Shown here: one piece after another, positions 32,295 to 41,625 of the stretch
Layout: every line of letters begins with the position of its first letter
How positions within the stretch are numbered: the stretch's first letter is position 1
Source of the DNA: an uncultured Chloroflexia bacterium
Lineage (GTDB): Bacteria; Chloroflexota; Limnocylindria; Limnocylindrales; CSP1-4
DNA: 64,000 nucleotides
Direction: 5' to 3'
Assembly (NCBI GenBank): GCA_963838285.1
Contig: CAWIQP010000004.1
Span: forward strand, 397,752-461,751
Translations under genes and position numbers: made by a program
The notes under the pieces: generated by a model
Databases searched by the model: none
What the model saw: only the letters and a program-made list of their open reading frames with translations
What the model was told of the DNA's origin: nothing

Positions 32295-33423
32295 GTTCGA
32301 CGAACGATTGCGCGAGCGGCTCCGGTCGCTCGACGCGGCAGTGCCTCCGGAAACTCGCGTGGTTGGCGTGGCTCCCATCACCAGGCGCCGATCCGCCGTC
32401 CGACTGGTCGGCGTGCCATCGCTCGGGTTGGCGGCAGCCCTCCTGATCGTTCTCGCGGCCGTCATGGTTGCGGGCGGCGCGCCCAAGGCCGCCGGGCCGG
32501 CACGCAGCGAGCCTGCACCGACTTCCGCGGCGCCGACCTCTGCCACGCAGACCTCGGCCGCGCCGACCTCGGCCTCGCGAGTGCTGGGCCAGCCTGACGT
32601 CGTCATGGGGTCGGCCGGCTTTCCGGTTTCGATCGACGGCCAGGCGGTCTACCGCTTCGAATACGCGACGACCTGGGAGAGCCTGACCGGAAGCTTTTTG
32701 GTCGCCGCAGAAGCGCCATCCGGAGCGCCAAGCTGCCCCGGGGCATACCCGTCGCCCACGCCAATGCCCAATGCGGAGTCCGACCTCTTTGCTGATTGCC
32801 CGGAGGTCATCCTCGGCTACACGTCCTCGTCCCAGAGCAGTGGGTTCTCGGGCACGGCGGTCGCGCCAAAAGGGCTGCCGCTCGCAGCCATATCGACCTG
32901 GGGTGGCCATGTTGTGGTGTTCCGGGCCCACACCCACGACCCGGAAGCAGCTCAGTGCGAACGTGCCGATCTTGCTCGATGCGAGGCTGCCCTTGTCGTC
33001 GAGTCGGTCGTCTGGCCGTATCTCCCGTCGAGCATCGACGGCGAGCATGTCTATCTGGGCAGCGACGCGTGGGGCGGCGAAATCGAGAAACTCAGCAAGA
33101 GTTTCTTGATTGGTGGTTTGGTTGGAATGAGCGAGGGCAACGTGGTGAGCGAATGCAAGTCCTCAGCCGCCGCCCGAGAGCTCGCGGTCAACTGCGCCAG
33201 CTTCGACACCGAGTTGGGCGGAGCCTGGATCGCACCGGAGAGCGCAGCCGAGCTGACAAACGGGTGGGTTGTGGTTGTGCGCGCTCATTTCGACCAGACG
33301 CTTGCGGCCCAATGCCCGGCGGACATCAGATACGAGTGTCCGCAGGCCGTCATCGTCGACTCGGTCGTGTGGTCTTCGAACCCGTACGCCTCAAACGGCG
33401 CGACTCCGACACCCTACCGTTAG
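32284..33423 (+). CDS. putative anti-sigma factor: short cytoplasmic N-terminus, one TM, Ala/Pro/Thr-rich linker and a Cys-containing extracytoplasmic domain
   Basis: Its start overlaps the sigma-factor stop, so the two are translationally coupled. The TM is LGLAAALLIVLAAVMVAG. Four CxxxxxxxC-like pairs in the ecto-domain. Confidence 0.6.
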   Translation: MDDKFDERLRERLRSLDAAVPPETRVVGVAPITRRRSAVRLVGVPSLGLAAALLIVLAAVMVAGGAPKAAGPARSEPAPTSAAPTSATQTSAAPTSASRVLGQPDVVMGSAGFPVSIDGQAVYRFEYATTWESLTGSFLVAAEAPSGAPSCPGAYPSPTPMPNAESDLFADCPEVILGYTSSSQSSGFSGTAVAPKGLPLAAISTWGGHVVVFRAHTHDPEAAQCERADLARCEAALVVESVVWPYLPSSIDGEHVYLGSDAWGGEIEKLSKSFLIGGLVGMSEGNVVSECKSSAAARELAVNCASFDTELGGAWIAPESAAELTNGWVVVVRAHFDQTLAAQCPADIRYECPQAVIVDSVVWSSNPYASNGATPTPYR

Positions 33424-33519
33424 GTATCGCCGGTGGTCACGCCTCCTCATGTCGAGACGACCGCGGTTGTGGGCTGTCGCACTCAAGCGGCATGTCGTCC
33501 CGCGCTCAAACAGGGAAGT

Positions 33520-33595
33520 TGGCGTCCCCGGCGGGATTCGAACCCACGACCCGCCGCTTAGAAGGCGGCCGCTCTATCCACTGAGCTACGGGGAC
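33520..33595 (-). tRNA. tRNA-Arg (anticodon TCT), CCA encoded
   Basis: Cloverleaf folds by hand: acceptor GTCCCCG/CGGGGAC, D-arm GCTC/GAGC, anticodon loop CTTCTAA, T-arm GTGGG-TTCGAAT-CCCGC. Confidence 0.9.
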
Positions 33596-33864
33596 ACCGG
33601 TTGGACGCCGCGGCTAGCGTACCCGAAGGCAGGGTGCCGGCCAAGTCGGTCGAGCCCGACTGCGATGGGAAACGGACGCGCCGCCTGGTCTGGTCAGACC
33701 GCCCGCGCGCGGCCCGCGCCACATCCACGGCGGACGACGACCGCGGGCCGAGACCACAGGCAATCGTTCTTTCGTCCCATCGTTGCGCCGCACGACCGGT
33801 GCTAGACTCCGGTCTTCTTCCGTCATCGACCGGTGGCCGGCTGCGCATTTCGGAGGTCGTCATC

Positions 33865-35415
33865 TTGGCATCGCTCTCGCTCGAGCTCGATCGGGCCGAC
33901 CTGCCGGTGACACCCGACCCGCGACTCGCGGCCTCGACTCCGGCGGGCGACGCGCGGGTCTCGACCGCGGGCCAGCTGGCCCTCCAGCTTCCGAGCGAAC
34001 TGCCGCGCCTCTCCATCGAGCCGGAATGGAAGGATCAGCAGCGGCTCTGGGGTCACAGCTTCCATCCCATGTGCTCGTATCTGGCGAGCTTCCCGGCCGG
34101 TCTGGTCCACGCCTTCATCGCCCGCTACACGCGCCCCGGCGACGTGGTCCTGGACCCGTTCAGCGGCCGCGGAACGACGCCTCTTCAGGCTTGCGCCGAG
34201 GGTCGGATCGGCGCCGGCAACGACCTCAACCCGTTCGCCCAGATCCTGACCGCGGCCAAGGTCGATCCGCCCACGAAGTCCGACATCAAGACTCGCGTCG
34301 CGTCGCTCCGTCTCGCCTGGGCCGCCTCCGCCGCCGAGTGGAACGCCCTCGCCGACGCGATCGTGGCGGAGCCGGGCTCGCCAGACATCGTGGTCCCGGG
34401 ACCGGGCAGCCGGCCGATCTCCACCCCCGCGCGGTCGGACTCCGGATCGTCCGGACGATCGAGCACGTCGAGTAGATCGAACGATCGCACCGGCTCCAGC
34501 GCGATCCGGCCGGACTCCGCGGTGCCGGCCGAAGTCGCGCTCGCCTTCCACCCTCGAACGCTCGCTCAGCTGCTCTACCTCCGGGCCGGCCTCAACCCGG
34601 ACGATCGCACCGATCGTTTCGTCCTGGCCACCCTGACGGGCATCCTTCACGGCAAGAGCGCCAGCTACCTCTCGGCGGTCATGCCCAACACGTTCAGCAT
34701 GGCGCCGCGCTACGTCAGGGACTTCGTCGCGCGGACCGACTTCCACTCGCCCGAGCGCGACACGTTCGCGCTCCTCGAAGACAAACTGCGCCGCCTCTAC
34801 CGCCAGCCGCTGCCCGCATCCAGGGGGATCGCCCTTCTCGGCGACGCTCGCGACGCCGGCGTCCGCTTCCGCGAGGCGCTGCGCGCCCGTGGCCTGCCCG
34901 AGCGAGCCCGGCTCGTGGTCACTTCCCCACCCTACCTGCGAGTGGTGAAGTACGGCTACTACAACTGGCTGCGGCTGTGGCTGCTCGGCTACGACGCCTC
35001 GGCCATCGACGAGCTCCTCGACGACGCCCATCACCGGGACGCCTATCTCGTCTTCATGCGCGAGGTCCTGAGCGGTCTGCGTTCCGCCCTGGCCGACGAC
35101 GCGGTGATCGCCCTCGTGATCGGCGACGTCGAAATGGACCGCGGCCGGCCCGCGAACGGTGGCGTGGGCCTGGCCGAGTCCGTCTGGGAGCTGGCCGCCG
35201 CGCCTGAGGGCTATCGGCTCGCGGGCATCGCCACCGACGACGTAGCCGCGGGCCGGAAGATGACGAAGCTGTGGGGCGACGAGGCCGGACAGGCCACCAA
35301 ACTGGATCGGATCCTGGTTCTGGCGACGAGCGAGGCCGGTCGCCGCCGGGCCATCAACGGCGCCACTCTCCCAATCGACTGGGAGTGGCCGCCGCGCTCG
35401 CCGCGTCTGCTGTAG
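33865..35415 (+). CDS. DNA methyltransferase (N6-adenine/N4-cytosine amino-MTase), orphan
   Basis: HP...DPFSGRGTT (motif I, PF01555-like) and VVTSPPY (motif IV) are separated by a ~250-aa low-complexity-containing insert. TTG start behind a GGAGG RBS. The longer ORF from 33601 would abut the tRNA. Confidence 0.7.
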   Translation: MASLSLELDRADLPVTPDPRLAASTPAGDARVSTAGQLALQLPSELPRLSIEPEWKDQQRLWGHSFHPMCSYLASFPAGLVHAFIARYTRPGDVVLDPFSGRGTTPLQACAEGRIGAGNDLNPFAQILTAAKVDPPTKSDIKTRVASLRLAWAASAAEWNALADAIVAEPGSPDIVVPGPGSRPISTPARSDSGSSGRSSTSSRSNDRTGSSAIRPDSAVPAEVALAFHPRTLAQLLYLRAGLNPDDRTDRFVLATLTGILHGKSASYLSAVMPNTFSMAPRYVRDFVARTDFHSPERDTFALLEDKLRRLYRQPLPASRGIALLGDARDAGVRFREALRARGLPERARLVVTSPPYLRVVKYGYYNWLRLWLLGYDASAIDELLDDAHHRDAYLVFMREVLSGLRSALADDAVIALVIGDVEMDRGRPANGGVGLAESVWELAAAPEGYRLAGIATDDVAAGRKMTKLWGDEAGQATKLDRILVLATSEAGRRRAINGATLPIDWEWPPRSPRLL

Positions 35416-35504
35416 CTTCACCGCCCCGGGCTCAGGCCGAGGCCCAGGGTCGGGCCGTGGCGGCGGGCGCGACGTCCCGGCGTCCGGGCCAATACAATCG
35501 CCCT

Positions 35505-35732
35505 ATGCAGCCGATGTACGAAGCCGGCGACCTCGCCGCGATGGACCCGCTCGTCCTGATGAAGAACCTCGACCACGTCCGAATGTCGAGCCGGCGCCTG
35601 AGCTACATCCTTCAGCAGCAGGTCCACCTGTACACGCCGACGGCCAACGAACTGCGCGACCGCATCGATGCCTACGTGGAGGCCGAGCGCCAGATCGAGG
35701 CCGAGATGGCTCGCCGCCAGCTTCGCTCCTAG
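35505..35732 (+). CDS. hypothetical small protein (75 aa)
   Basis: Non-repetitive. No RBS. Low confidence. Confidence 0.3.
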   Translation: MQPMYEAGDLAAMDPLVLMKNLDHVRMSSRRLSYILQQQVHLYTPTANELRDRIDAYVEAERQIEAEMARRQLRS

Positions 35733-35750
35733 CGAGGCGAGCCCGAGCGC

Positions 35751-35820
35751 AGCGGGCCGGGCGGTTTCAGCGGGCCGCGCGGTTTCAGCGGGCCCGGCGG
35801 TTTCAGCGGGCCGCGCCGAC
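35751..35820. repeat. tandem repeat, about 3.7 copies of an 18-bp unit (agcgggccgcgcggtttc)
   Basis: Direct reading. Immediately 3' of the small ORF. Confidence 0.85.
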
Positions 35821-36168
35821 GAAGGCCCCGCCGCGCCGAAGACCCTCGGACGCTTCCTCCGATGTGTCCGCACGCGCCGGGACGGGGGCCATGACGCCGA
35901 CCAGCGCGCGAGGGCGACGCTCGGACTCCTGATTCACGACCTCGGCCACGAGTCCGGCGAGGCGCGGCATCTCGACCAGACCGAAGGCGATCCCATGTTC
36001 GGCAAGCTCGCCGAAACCCCAGCCGTGGTAAAGGCCTCGGCTCGCGACGTGGCACATCTCGTCGTAGAGCTCGGGCCAGCCGACGCGCCTTCGCCGATGG
36101 CAGAACCGCACGAAATCGAAGGCAGCGTCGTTGGCGGCGGGATCGTCGGGATGCCTGCGCGAATCCAT
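35803..36168 (-). CDS. hypothetical protein (121 aa)
   Basis: ATG behind a GGAG RBS. Composition is protein-like (FDFVRFCHRRRRVGWPELYDEMCHV...). Confidence 0.4.
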   Translation of the reverse strand: MDSRRHPDDPAANDAAFDFVRFCHRRRRVGWPELYDEMCHVASRGLYHGWGFGELAEHGIAFGLVEMPRLAGLVAEVVNQESERRPRALVGVMAPVPARADTSEEASEGLRRGGAFVGAAR

Positions 36169-36655
36169 GGGTGCACTCCGCTCCTCTACCGTGCCAGACC
36201 GAATCCAAACCACCTGGTGACGACCGCAGGCTCGGTCCCGTTGGGACTCGGTCCCCCCGCGTGTCTCTCCTCCGCGGTAAGTGGGTGCATGCTAGGCGGG
36301 CCCCAGCCCGCGGGGAAGAGCTTTCTCCACCAACTCTTCCACCAAGTTTTCCACAGAACAGCCGTTCTAAGACCGTCTGTTCGAGCCGCCCGAGCGAACC
36401 GGCCCGGAGCCGGCTCGAACCGCCTCCAGCCTGGCCGGACCGGACCGCGAATCGACCGCGCGGAAGAACGCCCGGACGCGGCCACCACATGTCCGGGACG
36501 ACACCGGACCGTGCGCCGGCTCGCCTGTCGAAACGGCCCAGATTCGCCACAGGCGCCCGGCACGCGGCCACGGCCGGGCCGGTCGGCTTTCGGCGCGCCC
36601 GGGTCGCACGAAGAACGCCCCCGGGGCGCGGTCCGGGGGCGTCGGTATCGGCGAG

Positions 36656-36732
<77 letters not shown>

Positions 36733-36864
36733 ACGGACGGCCGCCCTGCGGCGGGCCGGGCGGGATGATAACAGGCCTCCCCGCGGCGCGCCAACCGGCG
36801 CGGTGACTACCGTCGGTCCCGACCCTCCCGATCTGCGGGCGGAGACGTTCCGAGCGGGCGCGGA

Positions 36865-37746
36865 CTACATACGGTGCGATTCCAGGAACGCCCTTATGCC
36901 GTCGGCGACCTGCTGGAAGCTCGACTCGCCGATCACCAGGCCGTAGTGCGAATGGGCCCCGAAGGGTTCGTAGGTGCCGCCGAGCCAGTCGGCCAGCCGC
37001 TCGGCGCCCGTCGCCGAGGACGTTCCGTCCAGGCCTGCGCCGACGACCAGGATGGGCACGCCGACCAGACGGGACCGGTCGATGGCGACGCCCTCCATGA
37101 TTTCGCGCTTGACCTGGCCCGATTCGTGCGGCTTCTGCCCGAAGAGGTGCTGCAGGCGGACGATGTCGGCGATCGTGAGGTCGCGATTATCGCGCTGAAG
37201 CTTTTCCGGCAGCGTCTCCCAGCCGATGTGGTCGCGGCCGTAGACGTCGGGGATCTCGCGCAGCTCGTGCGGCCGGACGGGCGGGCGCAGGTCGCGGGGC
37301 AGCTCGCTGTCGAGCAGCACGACCGCTCCGACGGAATGCTGCTCGGCCGCCTTGAGCGCGAGCAGTCCTCCCATGCCGTGCCCGACCGCCACGGCGCTGG
37401 GGCCGAGCTTGTCCATGACCGCCACGACATCCTCGACGTAGTCGCCGAAGCAGACCGCGGCGATCTCCGTCGTCTCGGACCAGAAGTGGTTGCGCAGATT
37501 GAGGGCGTGGCCCTCCCAGCCGCGGCTGGCGAAGTAGGAGAGGTACCGCTCCCAGATCCACGAACCGGTCAGCTCGCCGTGGATGAACAGCAGCGGACGG
37601 CGCCGCGATCGTCGCTCGGGCATCCACGATTCCACGTACAGGCCGCGCTCGGACAGCTCGATCTCGTCCTTGCGGATCGGCCGCCCGTTGGCGCCGACGG
37701 GGTGCGGTCGGGCTACGTGCAGCTCGTCGGGTGTGTTGTCACTCAT
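36865..37746 (-). CDS. alpha/beta-fold hydrolase
   Basis: Nucleophile elbow GHGMGG, catalytic His near the C-terminus. Confidence 0.8.
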   Translation of the reverse strand: MSDNTPDELHVARPHPVGANGRPIRKDEIELSERGLYVESWMPERRSRRRPLLFIHGELTGSWIWERYLSYFASRGWEGHALNLRNHFWSETTEIAAVCFGDYVEDVVAVMDKLGPSAVAVGHGMGGLLALKAAEQHSVGAVVLLDSELPRDLRPPVRPHELREIPDVYGRDHIGWETLPEKLQRDNRDLTIADIVRLQHLFGQKPHESGQVKREIMEGVAIDRSRLVGVPILVVGAGLDGTSSATGAERLADWLGGTYEPFGAHSHYGLVIGESSFQQVADGIRAFLESHRM

Positions 37747-37795
37747 CTCGCAAGCTTCCCTCGGCCCCGCATCGACAGACCGGCCCCACGCGACC

Positions 37796-39115
37796 TCACC
37801 ATTCGTGGGGGTTGATAACCAGGCCGGTGAGGGCCTTGGGGTAGAAGTAGGTCGACTTCTGTGGCATCACGTCGCCGTCCGCCGCCACGGCCGCGATCTC
37901 GGCCACGGGCGTGGGGTCCAGCAGGAAGGCGGCGTCGGCGCCGTCGCGCCCCGCGTCGACCCAATCGAGGGCTTCGGCAACGGACTTGCTGTAGGCCAGG
38001 CGGCCGGCCGCGATCGCGGCCGCGTCGATACGGCACAGCCGATCGAGGGCGACCTGCAGAAGCGTCACGTCGAGGCGCCGCAGCGCGGCCCCACCTTCAC
38101 GAAGGGACATGGCGAAGTCGTCGCGCCGGGCCGTAAGGACCGCGCCCCCGCTTCTCGTCCACAACCCGAAGCGACCCTGCCCGCCGGGTACGTCGGCCGA
38201 GCCGAAGGCGGTCTCGAGCTCGCCCCGATCCCCCACCGGCTTCACGTCGAACAACCAGGGGGCGTGGTCCAGCAGGTCGCGGACGCCCTCCTCGCCGAGA
38301 CCGCGGACGATGCGGTGGGTCGGCAGGACGGTCAGCTTCTGCCTGGTCGTCTCGAGGAAGAGCGTCATCACGTAGTCGGACGCGAGATCGGTCTCGCCCG
38401 TCTTGTTGGCCCGCCGCTCGTCGCGATAGCGAAGCGCGGTCTCGTAGCGGTGATGGCCGTCGGCGATGGTGATCGGCCTTCGGCCGGCGGCGTGTATCAG
38501 CGTCGCGACGAGGTTGGCCTGCGGCCCGTCCTCCGGCACAGCCCAGAGGCGGTGGCGCACGCCGTCGTCGTCGGTTATGTCGACGTCGGGGCTCTCCGCG
38601 GCGATGGCGGCGAGCGCCTTCGTAGCACGACCGCTGGGATCGGCGAACAGCCCGACGATGGGGCTGGTGTTGACTGCGGTCGCCCGCAGCAGCTTGTGGC
38701 GATCTTCCTTTGGGGCCGACAGCGTCCTCTCGTGCGGCAGCACGCCGGAGCCCGGAACGAGGTCCTCGAGGCGCAGCCGGGCGAAGAAGCCACGCTGCGT
38801 ACGAACCTGATCGCTGCCGGGAACGCGGTAGGTCTGTTCGTAGCAGTAGACGCTTGGCTGGCCGTCCGTGCGGAGCGTGCCTTCAACTCGCCAGTTCGAC
38901 AGCATGCGCGCGGCCCGCCGGTACCGGTCGTCCGGCTCTTCACCGGCCAGCATCTCGGGCAGGTCGAGCCGCACCGCGTTGGCCGGATGGCGAGCCAGAA
39001 GGATCTGGTGCAACTCCGGCCCGATCACGTCGTAGGGCGGGCAGACGACGCGGCTCAGATCTCCGACCGCCTCCCGGTCGAAGCGGAGCGCGCGAAAGGC
39101 TCGAATCTCTGGCAA
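37796..39115 (-). CDS. DUF1015 domain-containing protein
   Basis: The N-terminal MPEIRAFRALRF is characteristic of the DUF1015 family. 439 aa. Confidence 0.7.
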   Translation of the reverse strand: MPEIRAFRALRFDREAVGDLSRVVCPPYDVIGPELHQILLARHPANAVRLDLPEMLAGEEPDDRYRRAARMLSNWRVEGTLRTDGQPSVYCYEQTYRVPGSDQVRTQRGFFARLRLEDLVPGSGVLPHERTLSAPKEDRHKLLRATAVNTSPIVGLFADPSGRATKALAAIAAESPDVDITDDDGVRHRLWAVPEDGPQANLVATLIHAAGRRPITIADGHHRYETALRYRDERRANKTGETDLASDYVMTLFLETTRQKLTVLPTHRIVRGLGEEGVRDLLDHAPWLFDVKPVGDRGELETAFGSADVPGGQGRFGLWTRSGGAVLTARRDDFAMSLREGGAALRRLDVTLLQVALDRLCRIDAAAIAAGRLAYSKSVAEALDWVDAGRDGADAAFLLDPTPVAEIAAVAADGDVMPQKSTYFYPKALTGLVINPHEW

Positions 39116-39396
39116 ACCGGGGCTCCCTGTGCAGGCGACTCTGTGCGGATCTCCGACTCGCCGACCGGCAGCTGCGCCATGCGCGGCCCGGTGCCGCCGT
39201 CGGGATCAGGCCTGATCGTACGGTAACGGAGCCCGAAGAGCGAGTCCGCTCCGGTACCGACGGCCGAAAACGCCGTGAGCGGAATGTTCGTCGGCGCCCA
39301 CGGCCGGCCGGTACCGCCCAATGCCGCACGGCGCACGGCCGGCAATCGGGGCCACGGCATGAGCAAGTTTCGGCGCACGCTGCTACTTTTCCCGTC

Positions 39397-40257
39397 ATGG
39401 ATCGGGAACCCGCCGTACCGTCCGAATTGCCGCCGGTTTCGGCCCCTACGTCGCCCCGGCCGGGAGCCGTCCAGGCGGCCGGCCACGCGATGACACCCCA
39501 CGCCGCCGACGACGACCACGGGTCGGCTCATCCCTTCGAGCACGGCACGGACGCCCAGATGATCGAGCGCCGCGTACGCACGGTCACGCCCCTGGTTACG
39601 CCCTCGCCCGGACCGGGCGCGTCGTCCACTCTCCGCCGCGAGGTCCTCTACGCGCTCAGGACGGGCGGGCCCGCTTCTCCGGATCAGGTCGCCGACCGCG
39701 TCGGCGCGAGCCGCACCGGCGTTTTGCAGCAGCTCCGCACGCTTGAATCCGCGGGTCTGGTCACTCGCAGCCTGAGCCGCCACGGCGTCGGCCGGCCGCG
39801 CCATGTCTACGACCTGACGCCCGCGGCGCAGGAACTCTTCCCGGCCAACTACGGGGCGCTGGCCCAGTCGTTCCTGACCGCGATCCGTTCGATCGGCGGC
39901 GAGGCATTGATCCACGACGTCTTCGAGGCGCGACGCGAGCAGCTCAAGACACGCATCCGCAATCGCATCGCCGACCGTCTGCCGAACGGGGCGTCGTTGT
40001 GGGAGCAGGTCCGCGAAGTTGCGAGCTACGAGGATGAGACCGGCTACCTGGGCCGGGCCACGCGCGACTCCGAGGGCACCATCTGGCTCAGCCTGCACAA
40101 CTGCGCCATCTCAGGCGTCTCCGGTCCGTATCCGATCGCCTGCGAAGAGGAACTGCAGCTCCTCGGCGAGGTTCTCGGCGCCAGAGTCACGCGCGAGTGC
40201 CACATCGCTTCCGGCGGCCGCAGCTGCAGCTACCGAGTACAGCCACTCGAAAAGTAG
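39397..40257 (+). CDS. winged-helix transcriptional regulator (ArsR/DeoR-like HTH) with a C-terminal Cys-rich domain
   Basis: LYALRTGGPASPDQVADRVGASRTGVLQQLRTLESAGLV is the HTH. The start is uncertain and a later Met is possible. Confidence 0.55.
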   Translation: MDREPAVPSELPPVSAPTSPRPGAVQAAGHAMTPHAADDDHGSAHPFEHGTDAQMIERRVRTVTPLVTPSPGPGASSTLRREVLYALRTGGPASPDQVADRVGASRTGVLQQLRTLESAGLVTRSLSRHGVGRPRHVYDLTPAAQELFPANYGALAQSFLTAIRSIGGEALIHDVFEARREQLKTRIRNRIADRLPNGASLWEQVREVASYEDETGYLGRATRDSEGTIWLSLHNCAISGVSGPYPIACEEELQLLGEVLGARVTRECHIASGGRSCSYRVQPLEK

Positions 40258-40305
40258 CTCGCCGGCCCGACGACACCAGATCTCCACGCGCTTCGACGCG
40301 CGACG

Positions 40306-41373
40306 TCAGGCCTCTTCGCGCTCGACCTCTTTGCGCTTGGCCGGCTCGCGCACCGCGGCCGCTACGTCGGTCACCTTGGGCACGAACGACGCCTGCAGCG
40401 ACGTCTGAGCCGCCCGAACCTGCTCCTCGTAGGACAGGATGCCGAGCCGGCCGAGCGTGGCCAGCTCGTCTCGGATATAGGTCCGCAGCATCTCCGGGCC
40501 GTCCGTGCTGATCGCGAAACGGATCTCGTTGCGGCGGAACTGGTCGAAGATCCAGCGGAACTCCTCCCAGCCCGACACGACTCCGGTCTGGAGGTTCGAC
40601 GTAGGACACACCTCCAGGACGATCCCGCGCTCTCGCAGCATGGCCATCGTCCGCGGGTCGTAGGCCGATTTCACGCCGTGGCCGATCCGGTCCGGCTCGA
40701 GCGTCCTCACGACCTCGGCAATCTCTTCGACCGGCCCGGCCTCGCCCACGTGAACGGTTATTCCCAGCCCGAACTGGCGGGCGCGGCGGAAGAGCTTGCG
40801 GTAGTCGCCCGGGCGAAACGCGGCCGACTCAGGTCCGGCGATGTCGACGCCGACGACGCCTCGATCCCGCCAGGCGATGGCCTTCTCGACGATGATCTCG
40901 TTGAGGGCGTAGGGGAACGCGCGATCCAGGCAGAAGATCAGCCCCGGCCGAATCGGGTATTCGAGCACCGCCCGATCCATGCCCCGCAGCGACGCGGCGA
41001 CGATGTGGTCCAGGTCCTGCTCGCCGCCGCGGTTGCGCTTCATGGGGTTGAAGCGCAGCTCCATCGTGGTGACGTTGTTCTTGCGATAGGCCCCGCCGAC
41101 CACCTCGTACACGGAGCGCTCCATCGCCAGCGGCGACGACTGGATCAGCTCGGTCCAGTGGAACAGGTCCAGGTAACCGTCGAAGGAGTGGCCGCGGGTC
41201 GGCGAGGCGGTGATCATCTCGCGGAATTGCCAGTAGTCCTTCGTCGGCAGCTTGATGCCCTGCTCGTGGGCGATGCCCCACATCACGGACGGCGTGACGG
41301 CGCTGCCGAGGTGGCAGTGGAGCTCGGCGAGCGGCATCCGGCGCGGTAGCTGGCGGACCATTGGCGAGAGCAT
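40306..41373 (-). CDS. adenosine/adenine deaminase-family amidohydrolase (paralog 1)
   Basis: Metal-binding LAELHCHLGS, HVGE, ISTDGP (Asp-Asp region). An alternative start is at 41445. Confidence 0.8.
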   Translation of the reverse strand: MLSPMVRQLPRRMPLAELHCHLGSAVTPSVMWGIAHEQGIKLPTKDYWQFREMITASPTRGHSFDGYLDLFHWTELIQSSPLAMERSVYEVVGGAYRKNNVTTMELRFNPMKRNRGGEQDLDHIVAASLRGMDRAVLEYPIRPGLIFCLDRAFPYALNEIIVEKAIAWRDRGVVGVDIAGPESAAFRPGDYRKLFRRARQFGLGITVHVGEAGPVEEIAEVVRTLEPDRIGHGVKSAYDPRTMAMLRERGIVLEVCPTSNLQTGVVSGWEEFRWIFDQFRRNEIRFAISTDGPEMLRTYIRDELATLGRLGILSYEEQVRAAQTSLQASFVPKVTDVAAAVREPAKRKEVEREEA

Positions 41374-41625
41374 AGCCGCTCCGCCGCGAGATGCCCGCGG
41401 CAGTCTCGCCGGGGCCTGCTCCCGCGCCCAACGCCTCGGGGACAAGCGAACTTCTGCTGTCGATCACCGCGCATCTGCAACCGTGCCGCAACCGCCAGTG
41501 TTGGATGTGTCTTGCACGCGCTCCCGTCGGCGGCTACGCTGCCCGCACCGATGTACCCAGAAGCGCGTCGAGGGTGGACGGCGTGCGGTGTGGGGAGGTC
41601 CAGGAGGACAGGAGGAACACCAGTG

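Larger units (their letters stand above)
31549..33566. mobile_element. ~2-kb tRNA-Arg-integrated islet carrying an ECF sigma/anti-sigma pair. No integrase is present, so it is likely a remnant or dependent on another element
   Basis: Flanked by a 48-bp direct repeat of the tRNA 3' end. Local GC by eye is ~57-63% versus ~70% elsewhere. Confidence 0.55.

Noticed and set aside
33601-33864. N-terminal extension of the methyltransferase ORF back to 33601
   Set aside because: It would start 6 nt from the tRNA-Arg 5' end with no RBS. The TTG at 33865 has a GGAGG RBS. Low confidence either way.
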